A DNA stretch of 26,984 nucleotides from Bacteroidota bacterium (GCA_046048755.1 JBJOFM010000105.1:1-26984); one strand, 5' to 3'. Shown: positions 7,942-17,680, counted from the first letter of the stretch. The notes: generated by a model not told the origin, from the sequence alone. Made by a program: numbers and translations.

Positions 7942-10900
7942 ATGTTGAAACGAATACTATTAGGTTTAGGGGTGCTAGCGCTTAGCACAGTAGCTACGGC
8001 ACAGACCAATTTTGCGGATTTCCGTGCGAAAGTGATGCAAAATGGTAAGGCAGTGAGTGGTGTCGAGGTGAAAATGATTTTGAACGACATTGAAGTTGCC
8101 ACGGATACCACGGACTCAGACGGTCGTGTGGGTTGGCCTAACTTAACGCCGGGAGAGTATAAAATTGTAGCTACTAAGAATGGTCAATCGCCCATTGAAG
8201 TGAGCAAATATTTGGTAGCCGGTAACAATCAAGAATATACCATTGATTTGGCGGAAAGAATGCAGGTAATTGAATTAACCGCCAAGAGAACCCAGAAAAA
8301 ACCAGTGGATTTATTGAATAACCGAGTAGGTTTCACCCAAGATGAACTTCTGAACTCTGCAGGACGTGGCGTGGGATTGTTGGAAAATACCAACTCTGCC
8401 ATTTTGAGTACGCCGGCGGGTTTGTCTATTCGTGGTTCTAGACCCGATGGTAACGGATATTTCGTAGACGGTATGAGAATTATTGGTGGCGGTGCTACTC
8501 CACCAACCTTAGGAACTCAAGAATTAGCGGCAACCATTAGCGGTATTCCTGCAAACGTGGGTGACTTAACCGGGGGTGCTTTTCAATCCACAACACGCAG
8601 TGCTACCAGAAAGACAACTACGGCAATGGAGATGAACACGTCTCAATTCTTGGATGCATTTGGTATCAGTGCGATGGAAGGATTTATTTCTGGTCCGGTT
8701 TGGATTAAAAACAAGGGCAAGAAAAACGAATACGTAAAATTAGGATATGTTGCGAATGCTCAGGTAAGTTATGCTAAGGATCCTGGACCTACTAGAACTG
8801 GGGTATATGTTGTAAAAGAAGACGTTTTAAATCAAATTGAACAAGATCCTTTGGTGTTTACGCCTAACGGTTTCGTTCATAGAGCGAGTTATTTGCGTGA
8901 GGATGATTTTGAACGATTGAAAGCTCGTCCAAATTCTGCTCAATATGGCGGTAACGTTTGGGGTAAATTGGAGTTCCGCCCAAGTAGTTTGATTACTATG
9001 ACCTTGTACGGTCAGTATGTATATGGTGGTGGAAGAGCTGCTACCAATTCTATCATGAACTACAAGAATTCGGCTAGATCGGATGGACATACGTATCGCG
9101 GATATTTTCAGTTTGTACAGAATTTCAAAACCGATAAAGAGAGTAGTATTAAGAATGCCTTTTACACGATTCGTGCGGAATATCAGAATACCTATTCGTT
9201 TGGTAGAGATGCCAACCATTTGGATAATATTTTTGATTATGGGTACATTGGTAAGTTTACTGCACACCCAACCGCATTCTTCCAATATGCTAACTACGAT
9301 CCTCAACAAAATCCTAATAAGGAGCCTCGAATTGTTCAAGACCAAAACGGTAATTATGTACAATTAAGAAACTATTGGGAACAAGTTGGTTTTGCAGATA
9401 CATTGTTGACGTTTGAAGCAAGCAATTTGAATCCGATTCGTGCGCGTTACACGCAGAATATCTACGATTATTTTGCTTCCAGAGGTGCAAAGATTGCTAA
9501 CTCAAACCAAGTTCAAGTAAACCAAGGTTTATTGAATGGTTTCAATCCTAACTCGGTGTATTCTTTGCATGGTACTCCAGGGGGTATTACTTCCGGTTGG
9601 TCTAAATCTATGTCTGAGCGATATAGCGTTTTTGCTCAAGGTCAGATGCAGTACAAACCCAAAACAGAAAATGGTATTGAGCGCGCGCCTCACGATTTAC
9701 AAGCTGGCTTCTATTATGAGCAGCAGTTTTCTCGTGGTTATGGCTTAAGTGCTAATAATCTTTGGATTTTGATGCGTCAGTTAATGAATAGTCATATTCT
9801 CGAACTTGACATGGCTAATCCAATTTTGAGTTACGATGCCAACGGTGTATTCACCGATACTGTTCGTTACAATCGTTTGTTGAATTCTGCTTCTCAGACT
9901 TCGTTTGATAAAGCCTTCCGTGAAAAGTTGATTTCAGAGGGTAGAACGGATGTTTATGGAAATAAAATTGATGAAAGAACTTTCGTAGATATTAATTCCT
10001 ATGCCCCTGGTGATTTCGACTTAAACATGTTTACAGCGGATGAGTTGTTGAACAATGGTAACAGTTATGTAAGTTATTTTGGGTACGATCACTTAGGAAA
10101 TCGTTTGAATGGTAAGCCATCCATCAATGAATTCTTCGATCCTTCCAAGAGAATGATTGGTGCTTTCCAGCCAGTATATACTGCAGCTTGGGTGCAAGAC
10201 CAATTCCAGTTTAAAGATTTGATTTTCCGTTTGGGCTTGCGTATGGAACGTTACGATGCTAACCAGTTGGTGTTGGATGATCCGTACAGTTTGTATCCAA
10301 TCCGTACGGCTGCTGAAGTGACCTCCATCAATGGATTAGACATTTCGCACCCTGATAATATTGGCGATAATTTCAAAGTGTATGTAAACGATATTACAGC
10401 GCCAACCAAGATTTTAGGTTATAGAAATGGCGATCGTTGGTTTAATGCCGATGGTAGCGAATTGAAGAGTCCTGAAATTTTGGCTAACCAAACCAGCAAC
10501 GGCAGAATTGCTCCGTATTTGGTTAATCCAAATCAGAAAGATATTGAATCATCTTCTTTGCGTGACTTTACGCCTGTAGTAAACTTATTACCTCGTATTT
10601 ATTTCAGTTTTCCATTGGTTCCGCGTAAGAAGACCTTCTACGTTATTTATGATGTATTGGCTCAGAGACCAAACAGCGGTGCTTCTTTCTTAAGTATCGA
10701 CGAATTGTACTATTTGAAATTCCGTCAAGGTAATACTATTTCTAATGGTGATTTGAAGCCTCGTTTGAAAACCGATTACGAAGTTGGTTTCAAACAATTG
10801 AGTGGAGTTAAGGAAGATAGAGGATTAGAATTAGCAGCCTTCTATACAGAGGTTAGAAATGACTTTGGCTTGTATCAAATCACTCAAGGTTACCCTGTAA

Positions 10901-11688
10901 CGTACATTACGTATCGTAACATCGATTTCTCTACCATCAGTGGTTTCCGTGCAGAATACAGAATGTTTGGTATTGGTGGAAAAGGAAATATCCCAGGTCC
11001 ATTTAATTTCAATGCTTCCTACATGATGCAGTTTGCCGATGGTACTGGTTCAAACATCAACTCTCAGGCTACCTTGATCGCCTCAAATCAGCCGAACTTG
11101 AGAAACGTAATTCCTTTGGGAGAATTGGATATCCGTCATAATATAAAATTGATGGTAACCTTAGCATGGTTGGGCGGAAGAGATCCAAAAACAAAGCAGA
11201 ACTTATATCTTGGTCCTAAGGTTGGTAACAAAGAAATTTTCAAGAATACCAGTTTCTCTGTTATTTCAAATAGTTACTCGGGAACTCCTTATACGCCAAC
11301 CACTAGACCTGTTCAAATTGGTGCGGTGGATCGTGCTCAAATTAAAGGTGTACCTTTTGGCGCACGTTTGCCATGGAATCAACAGTTTGATGTTCAAGTA
11401 CGTAAGCAATTCCGTTTGAATCGTGAAAGCAAAGATCCTTTGAAGATGGCTGCTTTCTTATTGGTGTCCAACATTACAAATCGCATGAATGTGGTAGGTG
11501 TATTCCCATACACTGGTCAGCCTCAGGATGATGGATTCTTAAACTCTCCTCAAGGTCAATTGTTGGCGAAAAACCAGATTGATGCTCAGAGTTATGTGGA
11601 TTTATATCGTGTATTATTAAACTCTCAAACCGGTAATTTGGGTGCTCCTCGTACCTTGCGTTTCGGTTTACAAGTATTCTTTAATTAA
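7942..11688 (+). CDS. Large TonB-dependent receptor-like outer-membrane protein with N-terminal carboxypeptidase-regulatory-like domain
   Basis: Signal peptide MLKRILLGLGVLALSTVATA|Q from ATG 7942. Then a beta-sandwich (GVEV...TTDSDGR...PGEYKI), plug-like SIRGSRPDGNGYFVDG and GIPANVGDLTGG, barrel strands (QDQFQFKDLIFRLGLRMERYD; LKPRLKTDYEVGFKQ), and C-terminal APRTLRFGLQVFFN. Confidence 0.85.
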   Translation: MLKRILLGLGVLALSTVATAQTNFADFRAKVMQNGKAVSGVEVKMILNDIEVATDTTDSDGRVGWPNLTPGEYKIVATKNGQSPIEVSKYLVAGNNQEYTIDLAERMQVIELTAKRTQKKPVDLLNNRVGFTQDELLNSAGRGVGLLENTNSAILSTPAGLSIRGSRPDGNGYFVDGMRIIGGGATPPTLGTQELAATISGIPANVGDLTGGAFQSTTRSATRKTTTAMEMNTSQFLDAFGISAMEGFISGPVWIKNKGKKNEYVKLGYVANAQVSYAKDPGPTRTGVYVVKEDVLNQIEQDPLVFTPNGFVHRASYLREDDFERLKARPNSAQYGGNVWGKLEFRPSSLITMTLYGQYVYGGGRAATNSIMNYKNSARSDGHTYRGYFQFVQNFKTDKESSIKNAFYTIRAEYQNTYSFGRDANHLDNIFDYGYIGKFTAHPTAFFQYANYDPQQNPNKEPRIVQDQNGNYVQLRNYWEQVGFADTLLTFEASNLNPIRARYTQNIYDYFASRGAKIANSNQVQVNQGLLNGFNPNSVYSLHGTPGGITSGWSKSMSERYSVFAQGQMQYKPKTENGIERAPHDLQAGFYYEQQFSRGYGLSANNLWILMRQLMNSHILELDMANPILSYDANGVFTDTVRYNRLLNSASQTSFDKAFREKLISEGRTDVYGNKIDERTFVDINSYAPGDFDLNMFTADELLNNGNSYVSYFGYDHLGNRLNGKPSINEFFDPSKRMIGAFQPVYTAAWVQDQFQFKDLIFRLGLRMERYDANQLVLDDPYSLYPIRTAAEVTSINGLDISHPDNIGDNFKVYVNDITAPTKILGYRNGDRWFNADGSELKSPEILANQTSNGRIAPYLVNPNQKDIESSSLRDFTPVVNLLPRIYFSFPLVPRKKTFYVIYDVLAQRPNSGASFLSIDELYYLKFRQGNTISNGDLKPRLKTDYEVGFKQLSGVKEDRGLELAAFYTEVRNDFGLYQITQGYPVTYITYRNIDFSTISGFRAEYRMFGIGGKGNIPGPFNFNASYMMQFADGTGSNINSQATLIASNQPNLRNVIPLGELDIRHNIKLMVTLAWLGGRDPKTKQNLYLGPKVGNKEIFKNTSFSVISNSYSGTPYTPTTRPVQIGAVDRAQIKGVPFGARLPWNQQFDVQVRKQFRLNRESKDPLKMAAFLLVSNITNRMNVVGVFPYTGQPQDDGFLNSPQGQLLAKNQIDAQSYVDLYRVLLNSQTGNLGAPRTLRFGLQVFFN

Positions 11689-11708
11689 TTAGTTAGGAAA
11701 GATAAGGT

Positions 11709-14700
11709 ATGAAAAAAATAGGATTTGTTGCACTGTCGTTGTTGCTCGCTGGAGCTTCATTTGCCAGACCCATTGTGAATGTGGAAGGCAGGGCAAAACA
11801 AACCACTCGTCGAGGTGGAATGGCCAATACATGTGAACCTGCTTCGCAGAGTGTTGACTTGGACATAAACAACGTAAGAACGAAGTTGTTGAACGGCGGT
11901 GATATGTGGTGGGATTTGAACAACCCCAAGTATGAAATTCCTAAAATTAGCGATCCCAACGCAGTAAGAAAGCATGCATTATTTTCCGGTGCCGTTTGGA
12001 TCGGTGGAAAGGATAATGGCGGAAGTTTGAAATTGGCGGCTATGACCTACCGTCAGCGTGGTAGTGATTTTTATCCAGGACCCTTGGATACCTCTACAGC
12101 CGCTACGGATCCAGTGCGTTGTAAGAATTACGACAAAATGTGGAAGGTGACTCGCGATGAGTTGGAAGATTTTGAAAGTAGTAAATATGTAAACCAAAGT
12201 AGCGGTATCCGTGATTGGCCAGCAGGTAAGAACCGTGCACAAATGACGGGTAACGAAGCTTGGTACATGGCTCCTTATAAAGAAGTTGTTGCGGATTTCT
12301 TATACAATCCTTTAGATGGTGAACACCCAGTATTGGATGATCGCAGACCCAATGAAGAGAACGGTGTAGATCGTCAGCCAGATATGTTTATTTGGTGGGT
12401 ATACAACGATAGAGGTAACGTGCACAACGAAACTCAAGGTCAGCCTATCGGGGTAGAATGTCAGACTACCGCATTCGCGTTTGCTACTAACGACGAAGTG
12501 AACAACATGACCTTCTATTCTACCAAAATGATCAACCGTGGTTTTACCACCATCAAAGACTGTTATATGGGTCAGTGGGTAGATGCCGATTTAGGTAATT
12601 ACGCGGATGACTATGTAGGTTGTGATGTTGGTAGAAGTTTAGGTTTCTGTTACAACGGTGATGACGATGATGAAGGTGTTTTAGGTTATGGATTGAACCC
12701 TCCAACTGTTGGGGTGGACTATTTCGAAGGTCCAACCGATTCGGCGGGTAATCAATTGGGCTTGAGTCACTTTATGTATTATAATAACGATAGCGATCCA
12801 ATTCGTGGTAATCCAACAGAGGCTATTGAGTTCTATAATTTGTTGCAAGGAAAATGGCTAGGTGGCCAGACAGTAACTTGGGGTGGTACCGGTTTTGGTG
12901 GTAGCAAACCAGCTAAATATATGTTCCCTGGCGACACCGATCCAGACTATGTTGGAGATAATTGGACAGAAAAGTCATCTGGAAATAGACCTGGTGACAG
13001 ACGTTTTATTCAGTCAACAGGACCGTTTACGTTGTTGCCTGGTCAAATTCAGCGTATCACTGTGGGTGTAGTTTGGGCTAGAACAACTAGCGGTGGTGCT
13101 GTTGGATCCTTAAACTTGTTAAAATTGGCATCGGACAAAGCTCAGGTGTTGTTCAACAACAACTTCAAGATTTTGGACGGACCCAATGCCCCAGAAATTG
13201 AAATTCAAGAATTGGAAAACGAATTGGTGATGAAGTTCTTGAATGTGAATTCACCTAAAGTTGAGAACTATTCTGAAAAGTATCGTGATGCGAACAATAT
13301 TGAGCGTACCTACAAGTTTGAAGGGTACATGATTTATCAATTGAAAGATGCAACGGTTAATACCGGAGATTTAGACAATATCGATAAAGCAAGATTGTTG
13401 TTCCAGTGTGACGTGAAGAACAATCGCGGACAAGTAATCAATAAAGTATATGATCCTAAGTTGGCGGCCTTAATTCCTGTTGAAAAGGTTGATGGTGCCG
13501 ACAAAGGATTACAGCATACATTTAGCATCAAGAATGATTTGTTTGCTACAGGTGCAAATACCACGTTGGTGGATTTCAAACCGGTTTATTACATGGTATT
13601 GAGTTATGCGATTTTGTCCGATGACAGTTTGCAAATTGATCCGAATCAATTCTTGGCGGGTAGAAGAAATATTAAGGTTTACAAGGCTATTCCTCATAAA
13701 ACTGAACCCGAAAACAATGGTACTGAATTACAAACTTCGTATGGAAGCGGTCCTGAGTTAACACGTTTGGCTGGTAGAGGTAATGGTGGAAACGTATTGG
13801 AGTTTTCGAAAGAGACGGTGGACGAGATTTTGGCTAATAATTTTTCTAATAAACCCAAATACGTTGCCGGTATGGGCCCTGTTAAAATCAAGGTAGTTGA
13901 TCCTTTGAAAATTCCGAATGCTAAGTTTGAATTTGTATTCCAAGAATTAAAGGCTTCATTAAACAGTGGGTTGAAGGATTCGATGACCAAGAATACACGT
14001 TGGTTTATGGTGAATAAGGCTACCAATGATACCATTTTCGCAGATACTACTATCGGCGTTAAGTTTGAATCTGTACAAGGTAGAAAGAGCACAAACAATA
14101 CTACCAATCAAACATTAGCGGATTGGGGTTTCTCAGTTGAAGTGGAACAAGTAAGCAATCCTGCTGAAAATGCTCTTGGAGATCCAAGTAATAGTTTAAT
14201 TGGTTGGTCTGTTGAGTGGGAAGATAACGGAAAGCAATGGTTAACTGCCGTTGCCGATAACGATGGAGCAGCTACGCCTACAAATCCTGCGCCTTGGCAG
14301 AACTGGATTCGTTCAGGTCAGTCAGGGAAAGGTGATTTAGGTACAGCAGGTTTCGATCCTGTAATTCACGATTTTTTCTCTGCTACGTTTGAGAGTTTGG
14401 ATCCTAACCAAGCGTATGAAAAGATTTGGAACGGTAGAATTGCTCCTTATGGTTTAGTCGGTAGAGAAAAAGAAACTGCGAACGGTAGAAACACCTTTGG
14501 GTTTGCATGGTCTGGAAATTCTGCACCTACACAGAATCCTTTGGCTGAGGTAGCGAGCATTGAGTTTGTGATCACCCCTGATAAGACGAAGTGGACACGC
14601 GCTGCGGTATTGGAGATGGGAGATGATGTAGTTTCCAATTCCACTGAGGGTCAAATGAAAGAGTTTAATTTACGTTGGGCACCATCAAAAGACATCAATG

Positions 14701-15590
14701 GAAATTCAGAGTCTAGTAGTACCGGATTGTCTTGGTTCCCTGGTTATGCTATTAATATGGAAACCGGTGAGCGTTTGGCAATTGCTTTCGGTGAAGACAG
14801 TTATTTGCCTGGTGAGAATGGAAGGGATATGCTATGGAATCCAACAAGCAGAGTTTTTAATGACAATGGTAATTACCCAGCTATTGGTGGTAAACACTTC
14901 ATTTACATCTTCGGGACCGGATTAAGTGGTATTTCTCGTAACATTCAAGGAGCTCGTTATCAAGGAAGTGACGATGCAGCAATGGCTCGTTTTGTAAATG
15001 CTTTGAAGGCAAAAGGACCAGGTCAAGATGTTAACAGTGCAACTGAAAAGACGCGTTTATTGTCTCAAATCATGTACGTGATGCCTGCATATTTGGCGCC
15101 CGGGTATACAATGAATGATGGTGTTCCGCCAACTTGGGTTAAGTTTAAAATTAACGTTAAAAAGGCGTATACCACCTTTGACGCAGGAAATGCTATTAAC
15201 AACAATCGTCCAATGTACGAATTTGATGCGGCTAGCATTGCTCCTAAAATTTCCAACGAAATTGGCAGGAAGAATTTGGATTTGGTTAATGTTGTTCCTA
15301 ATCCATACAGAGGGTATAGCGAATACGAAAACTCACCCATTGATTCTCGTGTGAAGATTACTAATCTTCCTCCTACCTGTACCATTACAATTTTTGATAT
15401 TGCGGGTAATTTGATTCGTAAGATTAAGAAAGCCGATGAGAATACATTTGTTGAATGGGATTTAAAGAATGGTTATAATGTACCAATCGCGAGCGGATTG
15501 TATTTGATTCACGTAAAAGCAGATGGTTTAGGAGAGAAAATTGTTCGATTCTATGGTATTATGCATGCCATCGATTTAGATTCTTATTAA
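11709..15590 (+). CDS. Large secreted protein with C-terminal T9SS type-A-like sorting domain
   Basis: Signal peptide MKKIGFVALSLLLAGASFA. C-terminal VVPNPY...ITNLPPTCTITIFDIAGNLIRKI...WDLKN...IASGLYLIHV (15273-15587). FN3-like segment (PNAPEIEI...FEGYMIY...YYMVLSY). No catalytic family recognised. Confidence 0.82.
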   Translation: MKKIGFVALSLLLAGASFARPIVNVEGRAKQTTRRGGMANTCEPASQSVDLDINNVRTKLLNGGDMWWDLNNPKYEIPKISDPNAVRKHALFSGAVWIGGKDNGGSLKLAAMTYRQRGSDFYPGPLDTSTAATDPVRCKNYDKMWKVTRDELEDFESSKYVNQSSGIRDWPAGKNRAQMTGNEAWYMAPYKEVVADFLYNPLDGEHPVLDDRRPNEENGVDRQPDMFIWWVYNDRGNVHNETQGQPIGVECQTTAFAFATNDEVNNMTFYSTKMINRGFTTIKDCYMGQWVDADLGNYADDYVGCDVGRSLGFCYNGDDDDEGVLGYGLNPPTVGVDYFEGPTDSAGNQLGLSHFMYYNNDSDPIRGNPTEAIEFYNLLQGKWLGGQTVTWGGTGFGGSKPAKYMFPGDTDPDYVGDNWTEKSSGNRPGDRRFIQSTGPFTLLPGQIQRITVGVVWARTTSGGAVGSLNLLKLASDKAQVLFNNNFKILDGPNAPEIEIQELENELVMKFLNVNSPKVENYSEKYRDANNIERTYKFEGYMIYQLKDATVNTGDLDNIDKARLLFQCDVKNNRGQVINKVYDPKLAALIPVEKVDGADKGLQHTFSIKNDLFATGANTTLVDFKPVYYMVLSYAILSDDSLQIDPNQFLAGRRNIKVYKAIPHKTEPENNGTELQTSYGSGPELTRLAGRGNGGNVLEFSKETVDEILANNFSNKPKYVAGMGPVKIKVVDPLKIPNAKFEFVFQELKASLNSGLKDSMTKNTRWFMVNKATNDTIFADTTIGVKFESVQGRKSTNNTTNQTLADWGFSVEVEQVSNPAENALGDPSNSLIGWSVEWEDNGKQWLTAVADNDGAATPTNPAPWQNWIRSGQSGKGDLGTAGFDPVIHDFFSATFESLDPNQAYEKIWNGRIAPYGLVGREKETANGRNTFGFAWSGNSAPTQNPLAEVASIEFVITPDKTKWTRAAVLEMGDDVVSNSTEGQMKEFNLRWAPSKDINGNSESSSTGLSWFPGYAINMETGERLAIAFGEDSYLPGENGRDMLWNPTSRVFNDNGNYPAIGGKHFIYIFGTGLSGISRNIQGARYQGSDDAAMARFVNALKAKGPGQDVNSATEKTRLLSQIMYVMPAYLAPGYTMNDGVPPTWVKFKINVKKAYTTFDAGNAINNNRPMYEFDAASIAPKISNEIGRKNLDLVNVVPNPYRGYSEYENSPIDSRVKITNLPPTCTITIFDIAGNLIRKIKKADENTFVEWDLKNGYNVPIASGLYLIHVKADGLGEKIVRFYGIMHAIDLDSY

Positions 15591-15612
15591 TCAATAATTA
15601 TTAAACAGTACA

Positions 15613-16716
15613 ATGATTGCAAACAGAAAGAATATTGTAGGATTAGGCTTAGCGATTGCTGCCGCTTGGGTAGGGGAATTGCATGCGGGCAACCCCGAAA
15701 GACAAGGTCAGGCAGGTGCAGCTCAATTAACAATTAATAGCTGGGGTCGCAGTAGCGGCTTAGGATATGGATATGGTGGGATGGTACGAGGCACAGAAGC
15801 TATGTATTTAAATGTAGCGGGTTTGTCGCGTTTGGATAATGCAACGGAATTGAGTTTTTATCGCACCGATTGGTTGCGCGGTTCGGGTATTGGTATCAAT
15901 ACCTTGGGCTTTGCACAAAAGTTAAATGGTGGTGAAGGTGGAACATTGGGAATCAGTGTAATGCAATTTGGTATTAAGCCAATTGATCAAACCACCGAGC
16001 AGAATCCTTATGGAGGTATAGGCCCTTATCGTGTAAATATGACGAATATAGCGGTGGCTTATTCGAAGACATTTTCAAACGCTATTTCCGCGGGTATTGT
16101 GTTGCGATCAGTAGCTGAAGGTATTCCAGATGCACAAGCAAACGGAGTTACCTTTGATGCGGGTGTGCAGTACATGACCACGTTGAAGCCTGGAAATAAA
16201 GGTAAGAAGAAGGACGATTTCAAGTTTGGTATTTCCATGAAGAACATTGGTCCAGACATGAAGCACGAAGGCGACGGATTGAGTTATAAGGCGATCCTGG
16301 ATAACGGAAGTTTTTCTAAGACTATGCAAGTAAAAGTAGAAAGCATTAAGATGCCTTCTTTCTTGAATATTGCGGCATCTTACGATATGAAGTTAGACAA
16401 AGATCCAGAGCAATACGATAATAAGTTAACGGCAGCCTTTGCATTTACGAACTTTGCCTTCAGTGCCAATCAGACAACCGTGGGTTTGGAATACACTTAC
16501 AAAAACATGCTTAGTTTGCGTGGTGGATTTGTTTACCAAGAAGGGGTATTGGATCCAGATAATAGAACTTCTGCCTTTACGGGTTTACAAGGTGGATTGA
16601 GTTATTTATGGACCGGTGAGGATAAAACTCAAATTTCATTAGACTATAGCTATAGAGCTACCAATCCCTTTAACGGCGTTCATACCTTGGGTGTGCGCAT
16701 GGGATTCGGCGAATAA
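15613..16716 (+). CDS. PorV/PorQ-family (FadL-like) outer-membrane beta-barrel
   Basis: Signal peptide followed by GQAGAAQLTI..WGRSSGLG and AMYLNVAGLS, the PorV/FadL-type N-terminal pattern. Alternating beta-strands and C-terminal HTLGVRMGF. Treated as a paralog, not necessarily the core porV. Confidence 0.8.
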   Translation: MIANRKNIVGLGLAIAAAWVGELHAGNPERQGQAGAAQLTINSWGRSSGLGYGYGGMVRGTEAMYLNVAGLSRLDNATELSFYRTDWLRGSGIGINTLGFAQKLNGGEGGTLGISVMQFGIKPIDQTTEQNPYGGIGPYRVNMTNIAVAYSKTFSNAISAGIVLRSVAEGIPDAQANGVTFDAGVQYMTTLKPGNKGKKKDDFKFGISMKNIGPDMKHEGDGLSYKAILDNGSFSKTMQVKVESIKMPSFLNIAASYDMKLDKDPEQYDNKLTAAFAFTNFAFSANQTTVGLEYTYKNMLSLRGGFVYQEGVLDPDNRTSAFTGLQGGLSYLWTGEDKTQISLDYSYRATNPFNGVHTLGVRMGFGE

Positions 16717-16730
16717 ATTAATTTTTTTTG

Positions 16731-16738
16731 TATATTTG
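16731..16738 (+). promoter_or_regulatory. Bacteroidota -7 promoter element upstream of greA
   Basis: Exact TAnnTTTG (TATATTTG), 62 nt upstream of the greA ATG. No clear -33 TTG at the standard spacing. Confidence 0.5.
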
Positions 16739-16739
16739 T

Positions 16740-16775
16740 AAATATGCATCAGTTGCGGCTGATGCATATTTTTTT
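16740..16775 (+). terminator. Intrinsic terminator-like hairpin between the PorV-like gene and greA
   Basis: Perfect 13-bp stem AAATATGCATCAG (16740-16752) / CTGATGCATATTT (16759-16771), 6-nt loop TTGCGG, and a T-run continuing to 16775. Confidence 0.75.
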
Positions 16776-16799
16776 AATCAATTTTAAGCGTATTAAACC

Positions 16800-17273
16800 A
16801 TGAGTGATATTCAGTATTTATCCAAAGAAGGATTTGAACAACTAAAACAAGAACTACACCTGCTGAAGACAGAGGAAAGGCAGCGTATAACCAATGCGAT
16901 TGCAGAAGCAAGAGATAAAGGGGATTTAAGTGAGAATGCGGAGTACGATGCAGCGAAAGAAGCTCAAGGTCATTTGGAAGCAAAAATCAGTCAATTAGAG
17001 AATTTAGTTGCTATTTCTCGCGTTTTAGATAATTCAATGATTGATACTTCCAAAGTGAGTATCATGTGTAAGGTGAAGGTAAAGAATCACAATGTTGGGA
17101 AAGAGGCCGAATACCGTTTGGTTTCTGAACGTGAGGCCAACTTGAAAGAGAATAAGATTTCTGTGAAAAGCGCCATTGCACAAGGTTTAATGGGCAAAAC
17201 AGTTGGTGAAACAGTGGAAATTCAAGTTCCTGCTGGAATAGTGAAATTGGAGATTTTAGCCATTAGTATTTAA
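16800..17273 (+). CDS. greA: Transcription elongation factor GreA
   Basis: AIAEARDKGDLSENAEYDAAKEAQ signature, C-terminal ISVKSAIAQGLMGK, 157 aa. Confidence 0.97.
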   Translation: MSDIQYLSKEGFEQLKQELHLLKTEERQRITNAIAEARDKGDLSENAEYDAAKEAQGHLEAKISQLENLVAISRVLDNSMIDTSKVSIMCKVKVKNHNVGKEAEYRLVSEREANLKENKISVKSAIAQGLMGKTVGETVEIQVPAGIVKLEILAISI

Positions 17274-17284
17274 TCTTTTTATCC

Positions 17285-17680
17285 ATGCCAACCTTGTTTT
17301 CTCGGATTGTTGCTGGTGAAATCCCTTGCCATAAAATTGTAGAAGACGAAAAACATTTGGCTTTCTTGGATATCATGCCGTTAGTGCATGGTCACGTTTT
17401 AGTGATTCCCAAAAGGGAGGTGGATTATATTTTTGATTTGGAACCCCAAGAACTTGCCGATTTATGGGTTTTCGCACAACGGGTGGCTTTAGGTATGAAG
17501 TCGGTACTGTCATGTAAGCGAATTGGAAGTGCGGTTATCGGTTTGGAAGTGCCGCATGCACATATACATTTAGTACCCTTGCAAACGGTTGGAGATATCA
17601 ACTTTGAAAAGCCGAAATTGTCGCCAACCCACGATGAATTGACAACCATGGCGGAGAAGATTTCGGCCGCTTTTCGGTAA
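17285..17680 (+). CDS. HIT family nucleotide hydrolase
   Basis: TLFSRIVAGEIP, FLDIMP, GHVLVIPK and histidine triad VPHAHIHLVP. Confidence 0.95.
   Translation: MPTLFSRIVAGEIPCHKIVEDEKHLAFLDIMPLVHGHVLVIPKREVDYIFDLEPQELADLWVFAQRVALGMKSVLSCKRIGSAVIGLEVPHAHIHLVPLQTVGDINFEKPKLSPTHDELTTMAEKISAAFR

Noticed and set aside
17643-17668. Third CAACC near the end of the HIT gene as another ECF site
   Set aside because: The sequence at N16 spacing is CGGCC, not C(A/G)TCT, and the site is inside a CDS.
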